From Halocafeteria seosinensis (taxonomy: Eukaryota): DNA of 52,871 nt. Shown in pieces: positions 34,801-47,550 of this stretch. The stretch's first letter is position 1. The number at the start of each line of letters is the position of its first letter. The stretch lies in the NCBI GenBank assembly GCA_001687465.1, contig LVLI01000195.1, positions 62,001 through 114,871 on the forward strand, given 5' to 3'. The notes under the pieces were generated by a model. That model was not told the origin of the DNA. It saw only the letters and a program-made list of their open reading frames with translations, and ran no database searches. Made by a program: the position numbers and the translations under genes.

Positions 34801-37800
34801 AAAGACCCAATTACGAAAAGGTTTACGATTGCATATGATATAAAGTACGAAGATGGACGTATTGATAAAGACCTTACCGAACAACACCTCGAGGCAGACA
34901 TCAAGGAACTTGACGAGGAAGAGGGGAAAACTGAACAGACGGAGGATGCTGCAAAATTTTCTGAAGGCGATAGAGTTTTATCGCATTTCCGGGGCAAAAA
35001 GGAGAAAAAAATGTATCGTAAGTCCTATGTGTGAACTATGTTTGGTGTTCAGTAGTCAGTAGACATTCTGTTTCAGCCGGGAAGATTGCCAGAGTTCACC
35101 GTGTCCGAGATGCGCTCACTGAGGAGTGGATGTACAAGTACGATATTGACTATGACGACGGCGACAAGGATAGAAGAGTTGATGAAGCAATGATCAAAAG
35201 AAAAGATTCTGAAGAAGAATCGGAGAGAGAGAAGAGTGGACCCAAGACAGGACCCCAGAAAAGCAGTGTAGAATGGAAGTTTGACCTCGGAGATAAGATT
35301 AGAGCTCGTCCTGGAGGCGATCTTCTTAAGCGACATGCGAGTAAGTACCCGTGTGGACTTTGATTGCTTTTAATTGTAATCACTGCCCGGTTTGCGTTCA
35401 GATGGCGAAATTCTTCGGAGGAACGAACGATACGACCCATTGAGCAAGAAACACAACTGTGTTTACGACATCAAATACGACGACGGAAAGATCGACAGGG
35501 GAGTTCAGGAAAAAGACATAGAAAAGCGCGACGAAACGCCAATAAAATCCGACGACGGAGAAACCTCAGCGCCGTTTAGGGTGGGTCAGCGCATTGAAGC
35601 CCATTTTCGCGGCGACAAGAGGAAGAAACGCTACGGTAAGGTGCAGCGTCGCCGCAACAGGTATTGCCTCCATTCATCCGGTTTCCCCTTCGTCTTGCAG
35701 CTGGAAAAATTGCTAAAGTAAATACGCGCAAGGACATTTTATCAGATAAAGTCAACTATACATTTGATATTGACTATGACGATGGAGATAAGGATAAGAA
35801 CATCCCAGCGACCGTTATTTACTCACTAGAACCTGAGGAAACAGAAGACGAAGACCAGAAGGAGGAAGAATCTGTTGATAAAAGGAGTAAAATGACCCAA
35901 GGAACTGGCTCATCCCCAGCTTTTGGTGAAGGCGATAGAGTGAAAGCCCGATTCCGTGGTGATCCGAGGAAGAAGTTTTACTGTGAGTCGGCACGCTACA
36001 GCTTGCGAAACCATTGTGCATACAACTCGCGCGTTATTGTTTTCTCGCAGATGGGAAGATCTCCGTCGTGCACAAGTCTGGTAGTGGGTACCTATACGAT
36101 ATTGCGTATGATGACGGTGATAAAGATTCGCGTCTGAAGCCATCCGTTATTGAGAAAGTGGACGAGACAGACAAAAAGGAACGGCCAAAGTCGACGGAGG
36201 AAGAAACGGCAGCAGGCGCGAAATTCGATGAAGGAGATCGAGTAGAAGCGCATTTTCGGGGTGATCCTCGTAAGAAATTGTACAGTAAGTGTCTTCAAAG
36301 GGTGGCCTCAACAATGAGTTGCCGCATCTGCATTTGCTCTATCCAGAGGGGACAATTGCCCGAGTCCATAAGGCTCGAAATAAGGAGGGAACACAGGAAT
36401 TTGTATATGACATTGACTATGACGACGGTGACAAAGACAGACGCATACAAGAGGATATGATCAAGAAAGTATCCACAGGGAGTACGGCAAAAAGCGAGTC
36501 TTCTGCAGAAAAAGGGTCTCCGGCTTATGAAGAGGGAGACAAAGTCAAAGTCAAGGATAAAGAACGAGGAAAGTCGGTGCTGAAGAGTAAGTGTGCAATC
36601 ACAGATAGAGAGAGAGAGAGAGACGGACGTATAGCAGATGCTGGACTTCATACTCATTTTGCAGAAGCAAAGATTGTGAGAGTGCACAAACGGCGAACAG
36701 GCATGTCAGGAATCGAACGTGAGTATGACATCCATTACGAGAACGGAGCAAAAGAGCAGCACGTTCCTTCTGACCGTATTGATAGTGTGGTAGACGAAGC
36801 AGAGGAAGATTATTCTTCTGCTTCCGAAAACGAGGACGCGGCCCCTCGACAAGGTGCCGTAAAAGCACGAGGACGAAGAAAAGAAGATGGTGATGCCAGA
36901 AGAGATATCCGGAGAGGAGACACCGAATCAACAGGGAGATGGGAGCCCAGTGCGTCAGATAATTTTGTGGGCGCTGCCCCAATCGTAGAACCTATAGCCT
37001 CTTCAGAGTTTGGAGAAGGAAAACAGCTAATATCTCATGCGAGACAAGCTGAAATGGGGATGCTCGCTACTGATTTAGCCCAGCTGCGCGTCGACCTGCT
37101 CCCGTCGCTTATTCGTCTTTGCGCTGAACAGAAAGCCAGGAGCCCCAATGCACCTGATGTCGAGTACCATAATGAGGTAGCAAGAGTTCCCATCCGCCCT
37201 GACGAGCTAGAAGAGTGGCTGGAAGCGCGATTTTCTGTGTATGATCGCGACCAGGAACATTATATTAGCCGAGATGGCCTGATGTCTGCATTGGCACGTC
37301 TACAGATTACTTTAACCACTCGAGAACTCCGTGCTATCCGATCCGCCTTTAGACAGCGTCATGAAGAAGACAGGGATACGCCTTCTCGGATATCGTACAA
37401 GAGAGTGGCAAAACTATTTGGTGGGTCGTTTTCGACCGCAATAGGTGTACTTGAATCTGTAGAAAGCATGTCAAGATCGCGACGGACAAAAACTAGGAAG
37501 TCGTCTCCAAAGCGGGTTGCAAAACGAGAGGCCAATGGCTCACCTGCTCGCGGCACTACTCTTGACGAGCTCTTGGACAATGCGGATACAAGTGAATTCT
37601 TTGGTCAACTAAACAGTGCGCACTTTCCTGAAGGCACACTGGCACATTGGCTCCAAACCACCGCAAGTCCTGTTGAACAGACCAACTTTGCGGAATTTCT
37701 TACCCTTCTGTCCTACTTCGAGCGTCGTGTTGGTCTGCAGCAACGCTCTAATAATTCCAGCACCCAAACGGCGTTGAACAGCGCAATGCCCGGTAGTCGC

Positions 37801-37944
37801 CAACATTCACAGAGGCCTCAAGTAGAGTCTGACATTTTACAACCCGAAACAGTCCACAATGGTGTGCCAGCGGAAAGGGAGGACGATGCGTTAATAATCC
37901 AGTTGGGTACAAGGCTTCGAGCTGGTCTTCGTTTCTACACCTGA
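31848..37944 (+). CDS. Large protein with 13 tandem Tudor-like repeats and degenerate EF-hand-like regions, about 16 exons
   Basis: Repeat F..GDRV.A.FRG....K.Y|.GKI..V....Y.YDIDYDDGDKD occurs 13 times between 32670 and 36785. The C-terminal FSVYDRDQEHYISRDGL is EF-hand-like. Stop is TGA at 37944. Confidence 0.88.
36606..36623. repeat. (AG)n microsatellite inside the last Tudor-repeat intron (36587-36664)
   Basis: agagagagagagagagag, seen directly. Confidence 0.9.
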
Positions 37945-39211
37945 AGCAGAGAAATCTTCCAAACTAAGTCGCTAAACCTAATCATTCCTTTGCTGGGTTG
38001 TTCCCTCGAAATGTTTCTGAAAATCCAGAACTCTTCTATCTTTCATCCACTAGAGTCTACGCTCTTCCAAAGAATTGATTCATGCCGGCTATAGCTGATG
38101 CTGTCCTCTCTAATGGGGCTGAAAGCTGCGTACCGACATTTGAAGCGTGGTTTCCGATGGGGTGCGTTGGAACTTCACCTGACAGGCCCTCTTGTCGAAC
38201 ACCCCGAGTTGATTCTCGGGCCAGCCCATAATTGAAATCAATTTACATCGTTTGCATTATTTCTAAAGATATTTGAAAGAGTTAGCCTAAACTAACCGAT
38301 AATGGAGGCTTTCTGGGTATAGCTTTCACTAACTTTCCCCGTACCTCGAGCCCAACATTACGCCCAAGAAAGCATTCCACCCTAGCACAATCAAAGTAGA
38401 CAATAGGAGTACATGGTAGGCCTTGATTGACAATACTGGAAATCGAGGTTTCAGGGATCGATACTTATATAACCTTTTCATATTTTGGTATACAGAGTTC
38501 GTAAAAAGCTGAGACAACTTTTCCAAGGAAGCTCTTGGTTTTTCTCTTAGATACTTAGAGACGCGCAGACAACCCATGACATGGGATGCAGCCTGCATGG
38601 AAAAGAGTAGCGCATGACACAGGAAAAAGCATGAACGGCTATTGAGAGAAAGACGACAGCCTACTATAGAAAACGCCATGTTTCAGGCGCTGCCATGCTG
38701 TAACCGGGTTTAAAGTTACAGTACTTGCAAGGAGTCCGACCAGACATGGGTAAAACAGGGAATACATGAAAGTAAAGCCTCTAGTACATATATCGGACAA
38801 GTGCGAAGTGGGAACACAAGCCTTTGAATGATCAAGCGGAAGAGAGGTAGCCTTCCAGACTGCCTACTCAGCGTATCAGCGTACTGGCTGAAGGCATATG
38901 ATTCTCGGATCGTTTCGGTTATGGCCTATCGGCTAAGTAGCGCCACGTATACTGCATTGATAAATTTTATTTCCGACGCAGTAGTCCGCACCGGTTTGGT
39001 CCTGAACACCGCAGCAGCTGTCAACATGGAATGAGATAGGGCGATGGCAGCGAGGACATTACAACTACGAAAGAAGATGCTGAGCTCAAACAGCTTATCA
39101 TACAGGCGCAAACTTTTATGCGAACTAGGAATTTCTTGGATCCTTTGTCCCACACATTGTCACGAACGCCAAGTACAAAAAGGGTTCCTCATGCCGATGG
39201 CACGCCGGGCT

Positions 39212-39362
39212 CTGCGGAACTTCAGACGGCCAAACTGTCAGTCACGTTGATGCACCACAACGTGAAGATTTTGGAGCGGTTCCGGGTAGGGTTCACCCCT
39301 CACACGGCGTAGCGTAGCCTGTAGCAGACACGTCTTACTGTAGGAGCAATACTAATACACAC
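39212..39362 (+). mobile_element. 5'-truncated 3' end of an RLE-type non-LTR retrotransposon
   Basis: Encodes KLSVTLMHHNVKILERFRVGFTPHTA*, then gcgtagcctgtagc...ggagcaatactaatacacac. It is homologous to 51428-51536 and 51551-51644. Confidence 0.7.
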
Positions 39363-39642
39363 CCTATCCTAGGCTAGCAATTTCCAGACACGCGCGCCCC
39401 TTGTTAGAACGGATGAAGTTTATGCCTTCAATGCGTTCCCAATGGATCTGTTTTCTCTACCATGTTCCAGAATGACCGGCCATGATAGCGCTAGGTTTTG
39501 TGCGGTAAAAGTGTTCCGGCCAATGTAACAGAGGGTAAGCTGTATGAGAATGGGGATTGAACATAGCAGACTTGCCTTAGTTTGAATTTTCGGTTACATT
39601 GGATTTATTTTGCTGCGAAGTTATCATTAAAATTGCGCATTT

Positions 39643-40723
39643 TCATGGACTGCGCATCTGCTCATTTTCTCGGGAGGTGTCTTCAGACTGTCGAGACGAC
39701 TTAAACATCCTCGAATGAAATATACTCCTAAATATCGGGAGTTTGCTTCCCAGCTTCTCTGTTGTCAAAGCATGAGTAGTCAAGTCACTTACTGCTTTCT
39801 CGTAAGTGTCTTTAAAACTGTCTGTTGTATTTCTATGAAGGTAAAAAGTTTCACGTTGGCCCACACTGGCACTACTTTGCATCGGTCGACAAATTCGTTT
39901 TTCTGCCATTGATGCCTCCTTCCTACCACTACAGGTAGTACAGAGCGCTAACGGCCAACCGGTTTGGTAGCTTGTCAGTGGCTGCGAATGCCTACTCGCC
40001 ATTTTAAATAATTTCCTCGGTCCGCCTGAGCGAGGCATATATGCAGAGTCATGAGAACCACAATTACTGAAGCGAATGAAGTTCCCGAATGTTTTGATAG
40101 ATGGCTCTATACTCCGTGATACGTGCCTAATCCGTTTGTATGACGTTTCTAGTTGTGACTCCGAAAAAGAGCTTGAGGCTGAGGAAACACTTAGATCACC
40201 CATCATGGAGCTCTCACCTCTATTCCGTATGTCCCACTCTCTTTCACGTATTCTCGGGTGGTTTCTAAATCCTACCAATGTGAGACTGGCTTGAGTATCG
40301 TTTGCGTCTATATGTTCTTGATACGGTTTTTCTCGTCGAAGGCGCATTTCTTGCGGCTTAGTCGCCTTTCGAGCTGGGGGAAGCCCATGTTCCTCAGGGA
40401 AATTAATCCTTGCCCTATCCCTTCCACGCAACGAAAGTGCTGCATTGTCAAAGACCCTTGCAGCTTCCTCGGGGGTTCGGTACCTGCAGTGTCTTCGAAA
40501 GTCTTCGAATGTAATATGGCGGTTGGAGTAGGTTACAATCGACTTACGCTCCGTAGTACAAGGTTTTCCCCTTGTTTTTTATTTTAACTTCGTAAGAGTT
40601 CGCAGTCTTCCGACTAACTCCTACAAAAGGAACTCCTTCGCGTTGCGGGGAAAGCGTGGGTGCAGAAGATGTCGTGGCAGATTCTTCTGAACTCGTTTCG
40701 TCTTCTCTCTCCTCACTCTCCAT
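39643..40723 (-). CDS. AP2-domain protein with an intron inside the domain (start uncertain)
   Basis: VPFVGVSRKTANSYEVKIKNKGKTLYYGA / intron 40484-40547 / YRTPEEAARVFDNAALSLRGRDRARINFPEE. Confidence 0.82.
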
Positions 40724-41279
40724 GATCTCTGTGCCGATACTCTCCAGGAAATATACTGGGAATCACTTCCGTTAAAACAAAGTGGGGGCACCTCTTTGAG
40801 GCCCAAATCAATTGTTGTACGGTTCCGACGTGGGATTGTAAAACTTCGTGGGGGTTCCCCATGGGACTAAGCGTCCTCATTGAGGGAACAAAAACGGCGG
40901 CTCCGCTCCCGGATGAAGCGCCTGTACAACTTGTACCACGGCTCGTAGACTGATCTTTTCCGAGTAATAAATGAAAGAGGTGGAATGACAACCAGGAAAA
41001 AGTTCTCAATTACACTTTGATATCTTTGTCAGATCAAGTTCTCTCGAGCAAAAAAGGTGTTGAAGGGTCGGTTTACGCACAAGGGGATACGAAGTCGTAC
41101 TACACACTTCAAAAAGCGGTTGTATTTCTTAAGAACAATGACATAAGAAACAATCTCATTCGACAGCAAACTCGCAATGCTTACTTGTAGACTAACAACC
41201 AAAATTGCTTTCATCTAAGTCGGCCCTCCACAAGCTCACTTCTCGGAACGGTGATGACGTCGAACAGCCGTATATTCAA

Positions 41280-43007
41280 GGGGGTTTTTGTCGCCTCCCT
41301 TCAACAAGTTGGTTGAAGCGAACCATAAGGAATGTAACTCTAGTGGAACGTGGAAATACGCAGGGTGTTATTGTATTGCAATTGAAATTTGTGGTTCTGG
41401 GACATGAGCGGGTCGTTGCGAGGATACCTGAAATTTATGTTGAGGCCTACTGCAAGAAGTGTCGACAGCACTCCTTCTCTAGCGGCGTCAAGATGTCACT
41501 GTCGACCTATTCCGAAGGGTCTGAAAGTGCTGAGGGTTGCCGTGAAGTTGTATTTCTCAATCGATGAGCTTCATTCTCCAGTGTTTCGCTCAGCTTAAAC
41601 TTCTTTCTCGTATTTTCACATAGCATTGTGATAGTGCTGTTTGGGTCGCTTGCTTGAGCCTCGTCTGAGGGTCTCCTGTGAGCCAGTCCGGCTTTGATTG
41701 CTTTTTGGTCCAATGGCAAGCCGAGCTTTGCTGGAAGGTTTACCATCGCCTTTTCTCGTCCTCGAAGTCTAATCGCAGTAACATCATAAGCGCAAGCAGC
41801 TCCCTCAGCGGTAGGAAACCTGCACGGCAGCAATAAACGAAGATATGTCGTTTTCATACTTGAGAGTTCACCCGAGTAGTGTATCACTTACGTTCCGATG
41901 TAATTCGTTTTTCCTTTTTGCTCACCCCGACGAAAGGAACAGGAGATCTCCTCCTCTTTGGTTGCGCCTTTCTCTTGAGTTTTCGTGCTGAACGTTCCGA
42001 CGACGAGTGGACTTGCTCTTCGTGGACGTTTCCAATGTATTTGCTGGGTGCCAGTATGCTTCGGAGATACTCAGTGGGTTATGGGCTCCCAAGGCAGGCG
42101 AGAGCCTACGGAGTGGAGCATCACCTCCTTGTATAGGCTTCGCCTGAGATTTTGGTCAATTAGAGTTTTTTTCTTCTTTCGTAATGCGCATCAAGCGAGG
42201 GCACCTGGTGTAAAACGAAAAGGTGCGAGAAATCCCGCGGAAACACAGTACAGCCTTCTCGACGAGAAAAAGACTTCGTTAACGGTATTTTAGGACCTCC
42301 TCTTATGAGTATCCATGAGATGGTTCAGAGGGTTCCAAAATAGTGTTTGTAAACAATAGTTTTGCATTTCCGCAATGCCCGGGGTTTGTGGTCCGGTAGA
42401 ACCCCGACGTAACGTCGTCACTGAACGGCTTACGATTGTCCACCGGGATTTCCTCTCCACTCGTAGCTTTCCCTTGCCATGTGTACCCTATCCCGCTAGG
42501 TGGCGAGCAAAAGCCATCCGAACACTGGTTTTCTGACGGCCCACCCCATGAGAACAAGGCACTCCCCCGGAGCTCCCCCACATGCTTCGCTCACGGTGTC
42601 TCACAGACTATACATGCTATTGAACAGGCTTCACTTACTCTAGCTCCATCAAAAGTCCACGAAACATTCGGTTAAGGTAATGCGCGGCGACAAAGCATTA
42701 GACTGTAGTGTAATGGTCCCCATGTGCCTTCGTGTCTCCGAGTATCTTGACAGGACCTATAATGACAAGTTGTTGAAGCAGAGCGGAAAACCTCTCTGAG
42801 CGGAAAACCTATCCAGTTTCCCCCATTCGCGTGCGTATTTCTCGCCTGTTTGCTCCTATCAGACTATGATCTGGGAAACACCAACTGAGCCGATGATGGC
42901 ACCTTTAGACACGCGAACATGGCCAGCAACAGCGAATGCGCTGTAGAATAAAATCCCGACACAATTCCATGGGAGGAATTCTGACGATCCAGAAGTACCA
43001 CAGGTAG
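41280..43007. repeat. Segment A: inverted duplicate of 49152-51274
   Basis: Long reverse-complement identity with indels, from ggggtttttgtcgcctccc at 41281 to gtaccacaggtag at 43007. Confidence 0.95.
41507..42190 (-). pseudogene. AP2-domain pseudogene, copy of 50002-51057
   Basis: Same intron and exon 2 as the intact copy. It has a 37-nt frameshifting deletion in the AP2 beta-sheet (KSPHSFEVKIRD lost) and further internal deletions. Confidence 0.88.
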
Positions 43008-43239
43008 TCGGCGAACCGTATCTTTCAACATGTATGAACAATTCGCTGCCCACACACGGAAAAGCAGGCAAAGAGGTAGACCCATTACAAGATTTTATGG
43101 TGTGTCGTTCTCCCCTCCAAATTGACCAGTTTCCATCCGTTCCAGCCGTAGACTCATCTCAGTGTAAGCTGCGGGAGGAGACGAGTCACCTCTGAGCTGC
43201 ATGGGCCCTCAGGCTTAATGGAAAGTATTAGAGTATTTA

Positions 43240-45530
43240 ATGCCAAAGAGGATAAGCTCAAGACCCACCAGGGTTGTCCATGGTTCTTGCGTGGACAAAC
43301 TCTCAACTCCTGACCTGTGCCACCATGATCCCCTTGGTGAGGCCATCAATGGCCATATACGAAGGTTGCAGTTTAATTTAGCCGACAATAAACTCTGTGT
43401 CCTTACTCCCTTACTATGGGCTATATATTGAGCAACAGTTACGTTGAGGCCTCAAGTACTTGATGGTATCCTTCGTTGGTTCCATACACAGCATCACTCT
43501 TCCGTACAATACTACGAATTACTCGTCTGCATATCCACGTGGTATGCAAGGTTTTGATTCCAACTAGGCTGGTTATGAAATGATGGACAATACTACCGGA
43601 AAGACCGACTTCTCTGTCCTGGAGGCGTGGTAGAGTTCTCACCCTTCTCACACCGTGAGACTCACACCTCGGGCCGTGCGCTCGGGCGTGGAACACTATT
43701 TTGGACACTCTACACGAAGTGTTAGCGAGCATCCCATCCTATTCCTACAGTGAATTTACCTTGAGAAAAAAGTGATCCTTGGGTCCATGTAACTTTTATC
43801 GGCGAGGAAGCGGCGGACGGTGTTTATGCTTGATACGTCACACCGCGGTACTTCTGAAGTACCTGCTTCAACGGTAGGGGAGGTTGTACTACCGTTAGAC
43901 CGATGTTTGTTTTGCTGGAATGAGATGAACACCACAGGTCTAATTCAGTTATACCACTTGATCTATGTCGCTCTTACAACGAGCAGCAACATGAATTTGT
44001 TGGACATAATACATATGGATGTTTGGAAGGTTCCTGGCAGGAACTTCCTGGCTGTTATGGTCTGCAACGCCGACTTCTCCACAATGCCTTGTTTCTAAAC
44101 ACAGCAATAGCTATGAGATGCGTCGAAACGCAGCTCCAGCGCTCAGACGCTGGAGCGCTCCATCAAGCAAACATCGAAGAAATGGGTCTCGTCAAGGTTG
44201 GCGCAAGAAGCAAATGAAGGACATATTTGAAGTACGATGCGCGCCAACGCTTCCCAGTGGGACAACTTCGTCTAACTCGAGATGCACAGTCTCTTACACA
44301 CGAAAAAATTCTTGCTCGAGTTGACAACATCACTTCGCTCCCGAGAGGCATTTCCTCAGTCCATGACCGAAGCCTGCAGTCCTATTGCAACCATTGTCAA
44401 ACAAGGGAGTAGTTCTTCCTGCCTGGGTTGATTACCTGTAGGTATTATACACTGCGGCCTTCGCGTTCTCATCCATGGCACAGGAGGTACTGGAAAATCC
44501 TATTTTATACGTGCTTTGCCGCGCGGTGGAGATTAAGTGAAACCCTACGTGTTACGGCCACAACTGGCTCCGCGGCGGTACTGATCGGCGGTTGTACATA
44601 GCATAGTCTTCTTGCGTTGCGCCCCATGGTGCGAAGCAATTTCCATCGCAGTAGCTACTGGTTTCTCGACGCTCTCAACTGCTCGCGAAACAGTCTATCG
44701 CCCATCCCTTCGAAGTATTTCCTTACGCATGCATTGTATCTACTCCTTATTGACGTATGATGGAGCTGCATGTACAGTAACAGGAGTAAGAAGGCATCTT
44801 GCTAATTCCCCAGCCCTCCCTGAGAGGCTTACCCGTTCCATACGGAGCTAGGAAAGAAGCAAGTTCGCATATACATCCTTGCGTGGAAATACGTCATAAC
44901 GATACTGATAGATGTGTTATATAGCCACTTCTTTGCTTCATTTAAGGAGCTGAAGCGTGTACACTCGTTCTGTCCATGTCCTCAGTCCGAAGCACAAACG
45001 GCTGTTAAGGGCCAGAGGCGTCCGGCGGCTAAAACTCGGTTACTGTTTGATCCCATACATACGCACATTAAAAATCATCGAAACAATCAATTCCATCGTC
45101 AAATGTACATGACAGCCATTAAAACTTCTGCCTTAGCGTCCTCGCGGAGTTTGAACAACTCCGAGCGGAGCCGTCGACTCGGGGTGTATACATCGGGGCG
45201 CACGTCGTGGTCCGTCAAATCGGCCGACGTTTTGCCGTTGGGTCATTCAACGTCTATGGCTATAGCAAGGGACAGTGAAAGCGTGTCAATTAATAGCGCA
45301 TAGCTCATGCAGGTTACCGAGAGGTGGTAAAGTGTACAGGGTACCACTGCCCTTCGTTTTTGTTGGTAGTAGTTTTTGTTGGGGTGATACAATTGAACGG
45401 TTTTCAGTACCGATAGCGGACCTAATAGAGGTTCGGAAAGAACCAATTAACCGCACCAAAGTAAATTTTTTATCGGTTACGAAAAGAAAAACGGGTGGAA
45501 CCTACAACTCGTGCATGCCTTAATCGGGGA
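43240..45530 (+). mobile_element. Decayed PIF1-family helicase, probable Helitron-like Rep-helicase relic
   Basis: Walker A LIHGTGGTGKSYFI at ~44468-44509. After a frameshift, motif Ia VTATTGSAAVLIGGCT*HSLL at 44551-44613. Weaker signals: LLIDV (~44745), PF..VVFVG..QL (~45350-45395), LHIH (43527-43538) and VCNADF (~44060). Many stops. Confidence 0.6.
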
Positions 45531-46369
45531 GTTTCTACGGGCTGTCCAAGGTGTGGACTGACCAATCGGTCAGGGCATGCGGCTAAGAGAGTCTACCAGT
45601 ACTGTATTAGATTGTTCTGCAAACGAAGTTGTGGAGTTAACTACACGCTGTGCTTGTCAAACTGAGACTAAAAGATGGCCCAACCTCTGCGAGGATGAGA
45701 AGCAAGAACTCAGTGGTTCGGTTTATTCAAGTATATCGTCAAGTAACTCTCACTGCATTTAACATGCAGTTTTCATGCAGGATCACATTGGTTACATCAT
45801 TTCGCGTACGTTCTCTTATAAAGAATCGGATGGGAGTCAAGTGTAGCGTCAAGCGTGCGAATTGAGATGTTGACGAGTCGACGTAACCTGCTAGCGGGTA
45901 TCCACTACCATGCACACGGTATGCCAAAGCGGCACGGTGCGCCATCACTGTATACACGGAAGCTTCGATCACCAAGGTAATTTCCTGGTGTAGAACTTAC
46001 TTTGGGCTACATGAAGTAGGATCAGGGAGTGACCAGTGAATAGTGATCCGCTCTAAGAGCGGCATTCGTCCCTTGAGAGCAGCGCTCATAACCCTGCTTA
46101 TAAATTTAACCACAGTAATAATATCTCGGTAGCTTCACTATTGGTTCTTCCATGTATCACCTTCCCCCTCTCCCCGCCCGACAGAGTGGGAGGATTCCAC
46201 GTTGACTCCGTTTCGCAGAGCTAACTGCAGCTACACAGCTTCACTTGATAGAAACAATGTAGCCCGTCCGCCACCGAAAAGACCTCGCTGTTTAGGGAAT
46301 GGGCGAAAATCCCTTTTTTCTCAACAGGGATATCTCTCGCTAAGTGAAACAGTGGATTTGTGAGTTGCT
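45310..46369. repeat. Segment B: inverted duplicate of 51815-52871 (the copy runs off the window end)
   Basis: Near-identical reverse complement, also visible as paired ORFs such as 45739..45975(-) and 52204..52440(+). Confidence 0.95.
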
Positions 46370-46474
46370 TCAACAATCGTCGTCCGGGTTCACCCACACG
46401 GCTTGGCGTAGCGTTTGCCAGACACTCCTACGATAGAAGCAATACCGTCCGGGTGTAGAAGGTCAGCACGGCAA

Positions 46475-47550
46475 AGTATTGCCCCCATGTGAGGGATGAA
46501 CCCTTCCCGAAACCGGTCGCATCAACGTGCGTCTTCGCCGAAACCGCCCGTCGGCTTTATCGCGAACGGGATAATTTTCGTGTGGTGGTCCCTCAGATGT
46601 CCGTATTTTCTCCGCTTCATCTTTTCCGCTTCTGCCGCGATGGTGAGGGGTTTTGGCACTGTCATAAACTGTACTCGTTGGGCCTTTTGCTACCAGGTCC
46701 ATTACTGGCCTCGCTTCTACTTTGTTTCGCGGGTCTACGACCACCTCCCTCTCCGACTCATGCGGATGTAGTTCTCCAGTTCCACTGCTATCCTGTCATG
46801 GCGGCGGATCCTTTGCGTGGCGATCCCTTCTTTGCCGCACCCCAGTGTGTGGTGCAGCAGCGCGTCGATTGGTCCTCCACAGCATTCACCGGATGGGCCC
46901 GTAAACAGGATAGACAGGATAGCTTGGGGGAGCCCTAGGCGAGTATATCCGTAGGCGCAGTGCTACCATGTACTCGGCGTCGGTTAGTGGAAATGCTTTC
47001 CTTGGTGTTGTGTATAGCCATGCAGCTGCTCCGTCCGCTTGGCAGGCTGTCAGCAACGCTTTCTGCTGTGTGTTCAGCGTCCCTTTCAGGGCCCGTGTAG
47101 CTACTCTCTGTAACATCTTGCCCAGGTGTTTTTGTAGCTTCGGTTTGCTCCAGTAGCCTTCGTAGTTCGTATTCGTGAGTCCGACCGTTTCTTGTAGCGC
47201 GTTCTGACTCTCCGCGAGCCATGGCGGCGGCTTCTTGCGGTATTGCGCGAGTGGATCCTGCTCATCTCCTGCCACTTGTTGCATCGTTTTTGACGGCTCG
47301 ATCGCCTGGCGATATACGATGCTGCTGCTGCGTGGTCTGGGATGACTATCCCCAGTCCTCCTGCCTTCCTGGGCAGCTTGGCTCGTGCAACGGTGTGTGC
47401 GGGGATCGTCTTGCCACTTCAGCGCTTTGCGCACCATGTCGGCCATATCCTGGTTGAACTCTTCCAGCGGCCTTTTATTGACGTCCGAGTTGAGGGTGCA
47501 AAGCCAGTAGTTGGGTTGTCTTGGGATTGAGTTGGTCAATAGTCTCATCG
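46475..47550 (-). mobile_element. Degenerate C-terminal part of a CRE-like non-LTR retrotransposon (CCHC knuckle + restriction-like endonuclease)
   Basis: ACQADGAAAWLYTTP...LTDAEYMVALRLR, then ECCGGPIDALLHHTLGC (CCHC), RIRRHD, RPVMDLV, AEKMKRRKY (KxxKY) and IIPFAIKPTGGFG. Frameshifted; no RT domain seen. Confidence 0.82.

Noticed and set aside
32670..36785. Regularly spaced gattacgatgacgg-like repeats as a possible CRISPR array
   Set aside because: They are degenerate codons for DYDDGDKD in protein repeats about 300 bp apart, within a spliced eukaryotic gene.
36289..37944. 551-aa ORF as a standalone gene
   Set aside because: It begins in an intron and reads through a stop-free 78-nt intron containing (AG)n. 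It is the 3' end of the Tudor-repeat gene.
38720..38768. LQGVRPDMGKTG as a P-loop NTPase
   Set aside because: It is followed immediately by a stop and has no supporting motifs; probably chance.
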